This document shows, in pieces, positions 27,732 to 36,516 of a DNA stretch of 64,000 nucleotides (position 1 is its first letter; each line of letters starts with the position of its first letter). The stretch covers positions 8,870 through 72,869 of the forward strand of contig CAJXVM010000015.1 in the NCBI GenBank assembly GCA_913061095.1, in the 5' to 3' direction. Origin of the DNA: an uncultured Ignavibacteria bacterium. GTDB taxonomy: Bacteria > Bacteroidota > Ignavibacteria > SZUA-365. Both the position numbers and the translations under genes were made by a program. The notes under the pieces are model-generated. The model was given only the letters and a program-made list of their open reading frames with translations, was not told the DNA's origin and searched no databases.

Positions 27732-28517
27732 ATGGAACCATTTACCTTCCATCCCATCGGTGTGATTTCCTCACCGCGGAAGCACCGCTATGACGTGCCC
27801 CGCCAGGGCGTGCTCGACGCCGGACACGAGGCGGAAGTGCTGCTGCATGAGGGAAACAACTTCGAACAGGCGCTGGCCGATCTGCGCGGCTTCGACCGCG
27901 TCTGGCTGATTTCCGTTTTTCATCTCAACGATGAATGGAAACCGCGCGTGCAGGTGCCCCGTCACAGTGACCGCAAGATCGGCGTTTTCGCCACACGCGC
28001 GCCCTACCGCCCGAATCCCGTCGGATTGACGGCCGTGCGACTGCTGTCCGTCGACGGACTGCGTCTCCGTGTTTCCGAGTGTGATTTGATCGACGGCACG
28101 CCCATTCTCGACATCAAGCCCTATATCCCGTACGCCGACAGCTTTCCCGACGCCGCCACCGGATGGGTGCCCACCCGGGCGGAAACGTACAGCGTGCGTT
28201 TCGAATCCGATGCCATGGAACGCATGCTCTGGCTGCGCTCGGAGAACGTGGACCTGCTGCCCTTCGCGGAGTCGCAGCTCGAGGCGCAGCCCACCGACGA
28301 CACCCGCAAGCGTGTATCTCCCCATCACGAAGGCAGCGGCCGCTGGCAGCTCGCGTATCGCACCTGGCGGATCGTTTTCCGCGTCGACGACGACGCGGCC
28401 GCGGTGATCGTCGAATCGATCCGTTCTGGCTATTCAGCGGATGAGCTCGGCGAAGAGTCGGATACGCACGGGGACAAAGCGCTGCATCGCGCATTCATCA
28501 ATGATTTTCCGGAGTGA
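27732..28517 (+). CDS. tRNA (adenine37-N6)-methyltransferase TrmO/TsaA family protein with a C-terminal extension
   Basis: TsaA-like beta-barrel motifs (IGVISSP...GFDRVWLISVFHLN...GVFATRAPYRPNPVGLTAVRLLSVDG...GTPILDIKPYIPY). Confidence 0.8.
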   Translation: MEPFTFHPIGVISSPRKHRYDVPRQGVLDAGHEAEVLLHEGNNFEQALADLRGFDRVWLISVFHLNDEWKPRVQVPRHSDRKIGVFATRAPYRPNPVGLTAVRLLSVDGLRLRVSECDLIDGTPILDIKPYIPYADSFPDAATGWVPTRAETYSVRFESDAMERMLWLRSENVDLLPFAESQLEAQPTDDTRKRVSPHHEGSGRWQLAYRTWRIVFRVDDDAAAVIVESIRSGYSADELGEESDTHGDKALHRAFINDFPE

Positions 28518-28523
28518 AATTTC

Positions 28524-29231
28524 ATGGCGAAAAAGATCAATCCCTTCGAACAGGATACACTGCCGCCGTTTGACGGCTTTCCGAAAGACGCCCTGCGCTT
28601 CCTGCGCGAGCTCAAAAAGAACAACGACCGCGAATGGTTCAATGCCAACAAGCAGCGCTATGAGCAGAGCCTCAAAGAGCCGATGCAGATGCTGCTCTCT
28701 TCGCTGTCGGCGCGCATGAAGGATGTCCATCCCGACATCGTCGTTGAGCCGAAAAAATCAATGTATCGCATTTACCGTGACGTGCGGTTCAGCAAGGACA
28801 AATCTCCCTACAAGACCTGGATCGCCGCGGCCTTCACATACACGGGATATGACCGCAAGCATGACGCCGCGTTTTATTTTCACATCACCCCCGAGGAGGT
28901 CGGCATTGGCGGCGGACTCTACGCTCCCCAGGGCCCGACACTGAAGAAGCTGCGGGGTTCGATTGCCGATGATGCCGAACCGCTGCGCGCGATCGTGCGC
29001 GAAAAGAAATTCAGGAAGCATTTCGGTGAGATGGTCGGCGAAGAGCTGGTGCGCGTGCCGCAGGGATATGAGAAGGATCATCCCGAGGCGGACCTCCTCA
29101 GGAAAAAGCAGTTCCTCTGCTGGAAGACGCTTCCGCCCGCCCGCGTGACCGATGCGGCATTTCTCGACGATCTCGTCGAGGCCTTCGACGCCATGGCGCC
29201 CTTCATCCGCTATCTCGTCGAGCGGTCATGA
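28524..29231 (+). CDS. TIGR02453/DUF2461 family protein
   Basis: YRIYRDVRFSKDKSPYKTWIAAAF and the surrounding pattern are typical of this family. It starts 6 nt after the TrmO stop. Confidence 0.7.
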   Translation: MAKKINPFEQDTLPPFDGFPKDALRFLRELKKNNDREWFNANKQRYEQSLKEPMQMLLSSLSARMKDVHPDIVVEPKKSMYRIYRDVRFSKDKSPYKTWIAAAFTYTGYDRKHDAAFYFHITPEEVGIGGGLYAPQGPTLKKLRGSIADDAEPLRAIVREKKFRKHFGEMVGEELVRVPQGYEKDHPEADLLRKKQFLCWKTLPPARVTDAAFLDDLVEAFDAMAPFIRYLVERS

Positions 29232-29290
29232 ACACACACCTCAAGCTGAGCCCTTCGAAGCATGATGAGTCCGTCAAAGCATGACGACGG

Positions 29291-30493
29291 TTATGCCGAG
29301 CGCAGGATGTAGGTCGGGATTTCCGCGGGACAGCCGATGCGATAGGGGAACCAGTGGCCGGCGCCGGCCGAGACGTAGAGTTTGGCGCCGTTCTTTTCGT
29401 ACAGACCCCACATGTATTTTTCGGGATTGAGGGCGTAGAGCAGACTGCGGCCATTGATGCCGATCTGTCCGCCATGCGTATGCCCGGCGAGGGTCAGGGG
29501 GATGTCACGCCGTGCCGCATAGTCGAAGCCCGTGGGACGGTGACTCAGCAGGATGGAAAACGCATCGGAGGGAGCGTCCCTCATGGCGCGGTCGATGCTC
29601 TGTTCGAAGAAATGCCGCGGCATGTTGCGCATGGACCGCGGATCATCCGCGCCGGCGATATGCACGGGCGTACCGCCGACGTCGATGGTGGCGCCACTGT
29701 CGAGCAGCAGAGGAATCGGTCCGCGCTCGTATGAGCGCACGATGCTCTGAATTCCCCGGAAATATTCGTGATTGCCGATGGAGGCAAAATGCCCGTAGCG
29801 CGCGGGGATTTCCCCCGCGAGACGGAGGGCCTCGAGATATGTGGGCGCATCGTCAGAGAAGTCACCGGTGAGAAGCACGATGTCGGGTTTCTTTTCGGAA
29901 GAGAGGGCGACCATGCGCTCGAGTTCGTCGAAACCGATGAAGAACCCGATGTGCACATCACTGATGTGCAGGATGCGTAGTCCTTCCAGGGCGGCAGGAA
30001 GATCCGGCCAGGAAAGGGGGATTTCAGGCATGTGCGGATCGCTGTAAGCGTTGACGACACCTTTCCCGCCGGTGGCGACCGCCAGCACGGGGAAGACGGC
30101 CGCGGTTGTCGTCAGGAGGCGCCGCCGCTGCGGATCAGGATGCTTCTCGGTGTTTTTTCTCTCACTGCGTTTGTGTCCGATCCACTTGATGACGCGATCG
30201 ATCACGTGGAAGATCGCGCTGAAGGGGAGTGACAGCATGAGCGCCATGCCGAGGACGAAGACGACGGAGCTGAGCGTCGCTCCGACGGCCAGCACGAGAT
30301 CGTATTCCAGAGCAATGCCGAGCGCCCAGAGCGACAGACCGATCAGTCCCGCCACGGGCACGCCGTACGAGGTTTTTCGCACCCACGCAATTTCCCACCA
30401 GTCGCGATGCAGTTTTTTCAGAAGGAAAATCTCGACGAGACTCAGGATGCCGATCGATACCATGCTGAAGAGAACGGGGAAGTATACCCTCAA
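29291..30493 (-). CDS. membrane-anchored metallophosphoesterase (calcineurin-like)
   Basis: N-terminal TM helices. Phosphoesterase motifs ILHISDVHIG, VLLTGDFSDD, GNHEYF, GHTHGGQ. Confidence 0.8.
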   Translation of the reverse strand: MRVYFPVLFSMVSIGILSLVEIFLLKKLHRDWWEIAWVRKTSYGVPVAGLIGLSLWALGIALEYDLVLAVGATLSSVVFVLGMALMLSLPFSAIFHVIDRVIKWIGHKRSERKNTEKHPDPQRRRLLTTTAAVFPVLAVATGGKGVVNAYSDPHMPEIPLSWPDLPAALEGLRILHISDVHIGFFIGFDELERMVALSSEKKPDIVLLTGDFSDDAPTYLEALRLAGEIPARYGHFASIGNHEYFRGIQSIVRSYERGPIPLLLDSGATIDVGGTPVHIAGADDPRSMRNMPRHFFEQSIDRAMRDAPSDAFSILLSHRPTGFDYAARRDIPLTLAGHTHGGQIGINGRSLLYALNPEKYMWGLYEKNGAKLYVSAGAGHWFPYRIGCPAEIPTYILRSA

Positions 30494-30683
30494 AGGAACA
30501 CCTCACGTGCTGTTCGCGTATCAGAGATATCGCATGCAAACGGCAGATCGCCGCATCCCGGAGTCCAGAGTGCCCACGGTCGCCACGACCTGCTTTTTGC
30601 GTCGGCTGTCTTGTTTGCGATGTTCGTCTTTACTACCATTGTAATTGCCCTACATGTCTCCTTACCAGCAAACGAGCAAAGCC

Positions 30684-31700
30684 ATGAAACAATTCCTTAC
30701 CACCTTCGCTCTCCTGTTTCTGACCCTCCTGCTCCTGCACGACACGGCGCCGGCACAGAAAACCTATGTGTACGCCGCGCTGACAGACGAAGGAAATATC
30801 GCCATCGTGGACCCGGGAAGCAGCAGGCTGGTGCAGCGCATCCAGGTAGGGCGTGATCCGCTGTACATTGCGTTGAACGCGGATGAAAGCCGCCTCTATG
30901 TCAGCAACACGGGCGACATTACCGTCTCCATCGTGGATCTTGCAGAAAACGACGAAGCGCAGGTTCTGCGTCTGCCGGTAAACCGCCGCGGCATCAACGC
31001 CGGAGTGATGATCAGGAACTGGGAGGGAACACGCATGTACGTAGCGGAGCGGTCCGACGATATGGAACGCGATCTGCGCGTGTACGTGATCGACACGCAG
31101 GAGGAGCGGATCGTTGATCAGTTCGACGCCGGGAAGGAAATCAGCGCCTTGGCGGTGTCATCTGACGGCAGCAAGCTGTATGTGGTCAACAAGGGACGTG
31201 CCATCCGCGTGTTCGATACGCAGAGTCTGCAGCCGATGGGAACCCTGCCGCTGCTGGCCGGATTTGAAAGCCAGGTATGGGGTATGGCCTGCAGTCCGAC
31301 AAAAGATCTCGCCTACGTCACCTACGGCAACGCGAACAAGGTTCAGGCCATCAATACGTCAACGAACAAGCAGTCAGCCGTTGTCGATGTGCCCAAGTAT
31401 CATACCGGGATTCAGAAGCATGTCTCCTTCGGTCCGGACGGCAAGTATGCGTTCGTGCTGAATTACAAGGATACGTTCAAGGAAATCGACGGCGTGAATG
31501 TCATTGACGCCGCAACGAACAAAATCATCAAAATCTTCAATTCCGGCGAAGTGCTGCTCGGCATCGCCGTGACCGACGACGCCAAAACCTGCTATGTGGC
31601 ATCGAAGGATCTGAAGTGGTATAACCTGCTCACGCTGGAACACATCCGTTCGATATCGCTGCGTACCACGCTCGGCGGTATCGTGGTTGTCGAACGCTGA
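30684..31700 (+). CDS. YVTN-family beta-propeller repeat protein (secreted)
   Basis: Signal peptide MKQFLTTFALLFLTLLLL. Repeated ~40-aa units (YVYAALTDEGNIAIVD; LYVSNTGDITVSIVD; MYVAERSD...; LYVVNKG...). Confidence 0.7.
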   Translation: MKQFLTTFALLFLTLLLLHDTAPAQKTYVYAALTDEGNIAIVDPGSSRLVQRIQVGRDPLYIALNADESRLYVSNTGDITVSIVDLAENDEAQVLRLPVNRRGINAGVMIRNWEGTRMYVAERSDDMERDLRVYVIDTQEERIVDQFDAGKEISALAVSSDGSKLYVVNKGRAIRVFDTQSLQPMGTLPLLAGFESQVWGMACSPTKDLAYVTYGNANKVQAINTSTNKQSAVVDVPKYHTGIQKHVSFGPDGKYAFVLNYKDTFKEIDGVNVIDAATNKIIKIFNSGEVLLGIAVTDDAKTCYVASKDLKWYNLLTLEHIRSISLRTTLGGIVVVER

Positions 31701-31722
31701 GTCAACGGGAGTCTGCCGATCC

Positions 31723-32364
31723 ATGAAGCGATTCGTTTCCAACAAAAAGGAAACACCGCGCATGTTCCAGAGCAATTTCCTGGAGTTTTTCTCCCGTGTG
31801 CACTGGACCGTGCCGCTGATCATTTTCGTCCCGATCATCGCGGTGTTTCTTTATCTCGGCGTCGTTCACTTCGGATTGAGCGCCGGCCGTATGCTGCTGT
31901 ACTTCCTGCTCGGGATTGTCATATGGACCTTTACCGAGTACGCACTGCACCGCTTTGTCTTCCACTATCACGCGCGCTCGGAGCGGGGCCGGAAGTTCTT
32001 CTGGACCTTCCACGGCGTGCATCACGACTACCCCAGCGATCCGCTGCGCCTGGTCATGGTGCCGTCGGTCAGTCTGCCGCTCGCCACGGCATTCTACTTC
32101 CTTTTCGTGTGGATCATGGGCTATGCTCTCGCGGCGCCGTTCATGGCAGGTTTCCTGCTCGGATACCTGTTCTATGACATCACGCATTACGCCGTGCACC
32201 ATTTCCCGATCAAAGGACGTGTGTTCGGCACGCTTCGTGAGCTGCACATGCGGCATCACTTCCAGGACCCGGAGAACGGATTCGGTGTGAGTTCGCCGTT
32301 GTGGGATATTGTCTTCCGCACCGAACTCGCTCGGACGGCAAAGCAACAGAGCGAGGCGAAATAA
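31723..32364 (+). CDS. fatty-acid hydroxylase / sterol-desaturase superfamily membrane protein
   Basis: Three histidine boxes (HRFVFHYH, HGVHHDY, HYAVHH/HMRHHF) in a 4-TM protein. Begins 22 nt after the YVTN gene. Confidence 0.75.
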   Translation: MKRFVSNKKETPRMFQSNFLEFFSRVHWTVPLIIFVPIIAVFLYLGVVHFGLSAGRMLLYFLLGIVIWTFTEYALHRFVFHYHARSERGRKFFWTFHGVHHDYPSDPLRLVMVPSVSLPLATAFYFLFVWIMGYALAAPFMAGFLLGYLFYDITHYAVHHFPIKGRVFGTLRELHMRHHFQDPENGFGVSSPLWDIVFRTELARTAKQQSEAK

Positions 32365-32423
32365 GCGCATTGCATTGAGCGAAGCTGACTGAACAGAACC
32401 ACACACACGCAGAAAAGCATTGA

Positions 32424-32450
32424 AAAGCCGGAGCATATTGCTCCGGCTTT
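32424..32450. terminator. perfect 12-bp stem hairpin (AAAGCCGGAGCA-tat-TGCTCCGGCTTT); likely bidirectional terminator
   Basis: Read directly. Lies in the convergent gap between the hydroxylase (+) and C40 peptidase (-) genes. Confidence 0.55.
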
Positions 32451-32463
32451 GTCACGATGCGCT

Positions 32464-32504
32464 CAAAAAAAACGGTCATGCTTCGAAATATTCAGCATGA
32501 CCGT
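32464..32504 (-). terminator. rho-independent terminator (ACGGTCATGCT/AGCATGACCGT stem followed by a U8 tail on the minus strand) for the C40 peptidase gene
   Basis: An 11-bp inverted repeat adjacent to an A8 run on the plus strand (T8 on the transcript strand). Confidence 0.6.
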
Positions 32505-32539
32505 ATCGTGCATTCAGCACGCGAATTTCTTTGGATTGC

Positions 32540-33319
32540 TCAGGGACTCGCGAACACTCCCGCTTTTTCGGCATCAGCGGCCTGTTCACTGACGAAGCGG
32601 CCGCCGAAGCGGTACCGCCGCTCGTAGTAGCCGTCGGTGATATGATTGAAGGTCACGCCGCGCGAAGTTGAGGCATGCGCAAACACGCCGCCGCCGAGGT
32701 AGATGCCGACATGGCCGATCCGCCGGCTGTGGCGGTTGGTGCCGGTGAAAAAGATGATGTCGCCGAACTGCAGGCTGTCGAGCGCAAATATCGGCGTGAA
32801 CTGCCGCGCCTGCATGCGCGAAGAGCCGCGGAATTCACGTCCGAGCGTTTCCGTCATCACCTTCGAAGTAAAACCCGAGCAGTCGATGCCGCGCTTCGAA
32901 CGTCCGCCGTAATGGTAGCGTGTGCCGAGCCAGTTGTCGATACTCTGCATCAGCTGCAGGCGCATGACGGGATTCACAAACGGTGAGCGGGGGTCGAAAT
33001 CCTGCGTGACGGGGAGCACGGAGGAACCGCTGAAAAACACTTCCTCGAAACGGACCATCTGTGCTTCGAGAATATCTGCATATCTCGGCAGGTATTCACG
33101 GAGCACAGCGATCGCGCGCACTTTTCTGGCGGTTTTCCGTTTCTCGACCCGGTCGGTGGGAGAGAGAGACACGGTCGCATGCGCGGAAGAGATGGTCAGG
33201 ACAGCTGTTTCCGTGTTCGAAGATTTGATGGGAAATCCTGCCATGCTTGCCGGGGCGGACAGAAAGGCCAGCACCAGGGTAGACAGAATAAGAAGCTTAC
33301 GTGTTCGTCGTGTAATCAT
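32540..33319 (-). CDS. NlpC/P60 (C40) family peptidase, secreted
   Basis: Signal peptide. Catalytic Cys/His blocks YHYGGRSKRGIDCSGF and IGHVGIYLGGG...AHAS. Confidence 0.8.
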   Translation of the reverse strand: MITRRTRKLLILSTLVLAFLSAPASMAGFPIKSSNTETAVLTISSAHATVSLSPTDRVEKRKTARKVRAIAVLREYLPRYADILEAQMVRFEEVFFSGSSVLPVTQDFDPRSPFVNPVMRLQLMQSIDNWLGTRYHYGGRSKRGIDCSGFTSKVMTETLGREFRGSSRMQARQFTPIFALDSLQFGDIIFFTGTNRHSRRIGHVGIYLGGGVFAHASTSRGVTFNHITDGYYERRYRFGGRFVSEQAADAEKAGVFASP

Positions 33320-33626
33320 CCTTCTTCATCGTATCGTTTCGTAACCATGGACCCGCACAATCGCGGGTATCAATAAATTTACATCGTTCGGGCGGTTCGG
33401 ATCAAGGCCTGAGATGGTCACTTCTGCAGCGCCGAAACCGCTGCCGTGACTGGGTCCGGCGACCCTGATCTGTTTCGAAGCCTGAAAACACGGGGGAAAA
33501 TATATTCTCCGGTGGTTTTTGGCCCGAATGCATGTGATGTCCGGCATCACCGAAAGGATTCACCGGGTTTTGATTCTCGCCCCTTGCTGATCATATTAGG
33601 GCGACAGCAATCCCGCGAGGTCTTCC

Positions 33627-34703
33627 ATGGAACAGAAAGAATTGCGAATTATCACCGTTCTGCTTGCAACGCTGACGGCGATCGCGCTGGGGATCGTTCT
33701 GCAGCAGCTGAAATCCGTGATGCTGCCCTTCGTGCTTGCGATTTTTCTCTCCTACATCTTCAAACCGATCGTTCTGTATCTGCGGAATAAACATCTGCCC
33801 GGTTCGGTCGCGCTTCTGGTGGTGTTCCTTTTTATTCTCGCACTGTTTTTCGGGCTTTCGTCGATTATCTATTCCAGCTTCGATTCTTTTGTGCGCGAAT
33901 TCCCGAAGTATCAGAACAAGCTGTCGCTGCTGCTGCGCGAGACCACGCTGCTGATCGACGAAATGGCCGCGCGGGTCGACATCAAGCCGGAAAACATGAG
34001 TCTCTCCGACCTGGTGGATTTCTCCGCCGTGACGTCGCTCGTGACGTCCGGCGCCGGCTCCTTCATTTCTCTGCTCGGCAACTTGATCATCGTCATTCTG
34101 CTGATGTTTTTCATCCTTGCCGGCAGCGGGGATCTCATTGCCAAGCTGCACAGCGCGATCGCCCGCCGGCACTCACAGCGTCTCGCATCGATCATCGAAT
34201 CGATAGACGTCCGGGTGCGGCAGTACCTGATCACAAAAACGCTGATCAGTCTCGGAACGGGGGCGCTCACGACGATCGTGCTTCTGATTTTCGGTGTGGA
34301 TTTCGCGCTGCTCTGGGGATTTCTCACGTTCCTGCTCAACTTCATCCCCAACATCGGGTCGATCATGTCGATCATATTCCCCGTCCTGATTTCCTTCCTG
34401 CAGTTCGACAGCATTACCACGCCTCTGCTTATCATTATTCTGCTCGGAGCGACGCAGTTCGTCATGGGGAATGTCATTGAACCCAAGATGATGGAATTCA
34501 GTCTCAACCTGAGTCCGCTGCTTGTGCTGGTTTCCCTGTTTTTCTGGGGATGGCTGTGGGGTGTCTGGGGAATGATTCTCGCCGTGCCGATGATGTCGAC
34601 GCTGAAAATCGTGTTCGAGAATGTCGAATCATTGCAGCCGCTGGCGGTGCTGATGGGGGGGCGCAAGGAGGTGGCCGCGGCGGAAGAAGTCTCGGAGGAA
34701 TAG
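33627..34703 (+). CDS. AI-2E family (PerM/YdiK-like) transporter
   Basis: About 8 TM segments and the conserved LPFVLAIFLSY..., LLNFIPNIGS... and WGWLWGVWGMILAVP blocks. Confidence 0.8.
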   Translation: MEQKELRIITVLLATLTAIALGIVLQQLKSVMLPFVLAIFLSYIFKPIVLYLRNKHLPGSVALLVVFLFILALFFGLSSIIYSSFDSFVREFPKYQNKLSLLLRETTLLIDEMAARVDIKPENMSLSDLVDFSAVTSLVTSGAGSFISLLGNLIIVILLMFFILAGSGDLIAKLHSAIARRHSQRLASIIESIDVRVRQYLITKTLISLGTGALTTIVLLIFGVDFALLWGFLTFLLNFIPNIGSIMSIIFPVLISFLQFDSITTPLLIIILLGATQFVMGNVIEPKMMEFSLNLSPLLVLVSLFFWGWLWGVWGMILAVPMMSTLKIVFENVESLQPLAVLMGGRKEVAAAEEVSEE

Positions 34704-34790
34704 ACGCCCGTGCAGGCTTCCGATCGGTGAGGATGTCCGCAGCGCGCGGGATATTCGTCTGTCGGAGTTCATCGCCGGAGTTTTCCGTAA

Positions 34791-34820
34791 ACGAAAAATC
34801 CCGGGCCTGTAGCCCGGGAC
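34791..34820 (-). terminator. rho-independent terminator for hsp20 (CCCGGGC-ctgta-GCCCGGG followed by a T5 tail on the minus strand)
   Basis: Read directly, about 100 nt downstream of the hsp20 stop. Confidence 0.55.
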
Positions 34821-34926
34821 TTCTCTGAGTCAGTGCACGTTCAAAATTTGAAGCTGTTGTCAGCCTGACATGACGTCAATGCTCTCTTCCCGGCATGCGG
34901 CGGCTCAGCCGCGCCGGGTTGCCTCG

Positions 34927-35367
34927 TCAGCCAATCTTGATCTGACGCGGCTTCACTTCTTCGGCCTTCGGGACAGTGACCGTGAGGACGCCGTCTTCGT
35001 ACTTCGCTGCGATCTTGTCCGAATTCACCTGCGTCGGGAAGTTGAAGGAGCGGAAGAAGCGGCCGGAGACGCGTTCGACGCGATGACAGGTCGCATCCTC
35101 CTTCTCTTCCACCGAAGCGCGTTCACCGCTGATTTTCAGTGTGCCGTCCGCGAAGTTCATCTTGATATCGTCCTTCTTCATCCCCGGGATGTCGAAGGAA
35201 AGTTCGTACTTCTCTTCGTTCTCGGTGATGTCGACCATCGGACTCCAGACGGCGGACTCATAGTCTTCGTCCTTCGTGCGTCCGGTGTTGAAGCCGCGGA
35301 AAACTCGGTCGAATTCACGCTGCAGGTTCATCAGATCAGTCGTGGGGTTCCAGCGTACGAGTGTCAT
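34927..35367 (-). CDS. Hsp20/alpha-crystallin family small heat-shock protein
   Basis: Alpha-crystallin domain (SPMVDITENEEKYELSFDIPGMKKDDIKMNFADGTLKISGER...GRFFRSFNFP...AKYEDGVLTVTVPK). The start is set at ATG 35367, which has an AAGGAGG RBS. Confidence 0.85.
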   Translation of the reverse strand: MTLVRWNPTTDLMNLQREFDRVFRGFNTGRTKDEDYESAVWSPMVDITENEEKYELSFDIPGMKKDDIKMNFADGTLKISGERASVEEKEDATCHRVERVSGRFFRSFNFPTQVNSDKIAAKYEDGVLTVTVPKAEEVKPRQIKIG

Positions 35368-35667
35368 GGTATCAACCTCCTTTTGGTTTGGATTTTTATC
35401 GTTTAGCTTCTTCGCCCATAGTTCATGCATATCCTGTGCCAATCGGAAGAATGCGACAATATGGCATTAAATGGAGCCATATTGGCATGTCAGGTATTTC
35501 TGTATATGCCGTTATGTCAGAATGGATGTCAAAATGGCGTGCCTGGCTGTCATTCTGTCGCTGAGATGAATGAAATCACCTGCTGGTACGGGATTTGCAG
35601 GCATATATAGTAGTTGTACGGAACACGGCTCAGACCGTGTTTGATGTTTCTGGAGGTTTGAGAAAGT

Positions 35668-36498
35668 ATGCAGCAGAAAAATTACTACGACATACTGGGT
35701 GTATCCGAGAATGCCTCGGAGAGCGACATCAAGCAGGCCTACCGCAAGCTTGCGAAGCAATACCATCCAGATCGCCATCCGGGGGATAAAGAGGCCGAGG
35801 CCAAGTTCAAGGAACTGGGGGAGGCATACGAAGTACTCAAGGATCCGGCGAAACGGAAGAAATACGACGAGCTGCGACGCTACAGCAGCGGAGGGGCGCA
35901 GGGATCCATGTCGTACGAGGAATTCATGAATCGCTTCGGTGGACAAGCCACGGGCGGCGCGGAAGAGTTTACCTGGGGATTCGGCGGCGACAGCCTCGAT
36001 GATATTTTCTCCACGCTCTTCGGCGGCGGTGGCCGCTCATCCCGCAGACGCCGCGCCACTCATCCCGGTGGGGGATTCCACTTCAGCTTCGGCGGCACGG
36101 ATCCACAGTCCGGCGGATTCTCGCAGGGAACCCGCCCCCGGGGCGCCCGCGCGCAGGAAGCGCATGCGCAGGCAGCTGCTGAACCGCAGGCAACGGCCGA
36201 TCCCTTCTTCAAGCGAAAGGGGGATGACGCCTATGTCGACATCCCGATCAACCTCGCGCAGGCAATGCTCGGATCCACCGTTCGTGTCCGCACCCCGCAG
36301 GGAAAGAAGGCGAATGTCAAAATCCCTGCCGGCACGCAGCCGGAAGCCGTGCTTCGGCTCCGCGGACTGGGCTTCAGCGACCGTGGACGCACTGGCGATC
36401 TGTACATCCGCACGCATTTGAAACTGCCGGAACAGCTGACCGATGAAGAGAAAAACGAGTTCACGGCACTGTTCGACAAACTGGGAATGAAATACTGA
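35668..36498 (+). CDS. J-domain co-chaperone (DnaJ/CbpA-like, no zinc-finger domain)
   Basis: J domain YYDILGV...[13 protein letters not shown] with HPD. A G/F-rich linker. A DnaJ C-terminal domain. No CxxCxGxG repeats. Confidence 0.8.
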   Translation: MQQKNYYDILGVSENASESDIKQAYRKLAKQYHPDRHPGDKEAEAKFKELGEAYEVLKDPAKRKKYDELRRYSSGGAQGSMSYEEFMNRFGGQATGGAEEFTWGFGGDSLDDIFSTLFGGGGRSSRRRRATHPGGGFHFSFGGTDPQSGGFSQGTRPRGARAQEAHAQAAAEPQATADPFFKRKGDDAYVDIPINLAQAMLGSTVRVRTPQGKKANVKIPAGTQPEAVLRLRGLGFSDRGRTGDLYIRTHLKLPEQLTDEEKNEFTALFDKLGMKY

Positions 36499-36516
36499 TG
36501 ATATGAGGTGAATAGT

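Noticed and set aside
33390-33470. tRNA-like GGTTCGGATC motif in the C40/AI-2E intergenic region
   Set aside because: No acceptor, anticodon or D-arm could be folded around it and there is no CCA-proximal structure. Probably a chance match to T-loop consensus.
35425-35610. 61-aa ORF in the hsp20/dnaJ divergent region
   Set aside because: It lies in the AT-rich promoter region with no RBS or conservation cues. More likely regulatory DNA than a gene.
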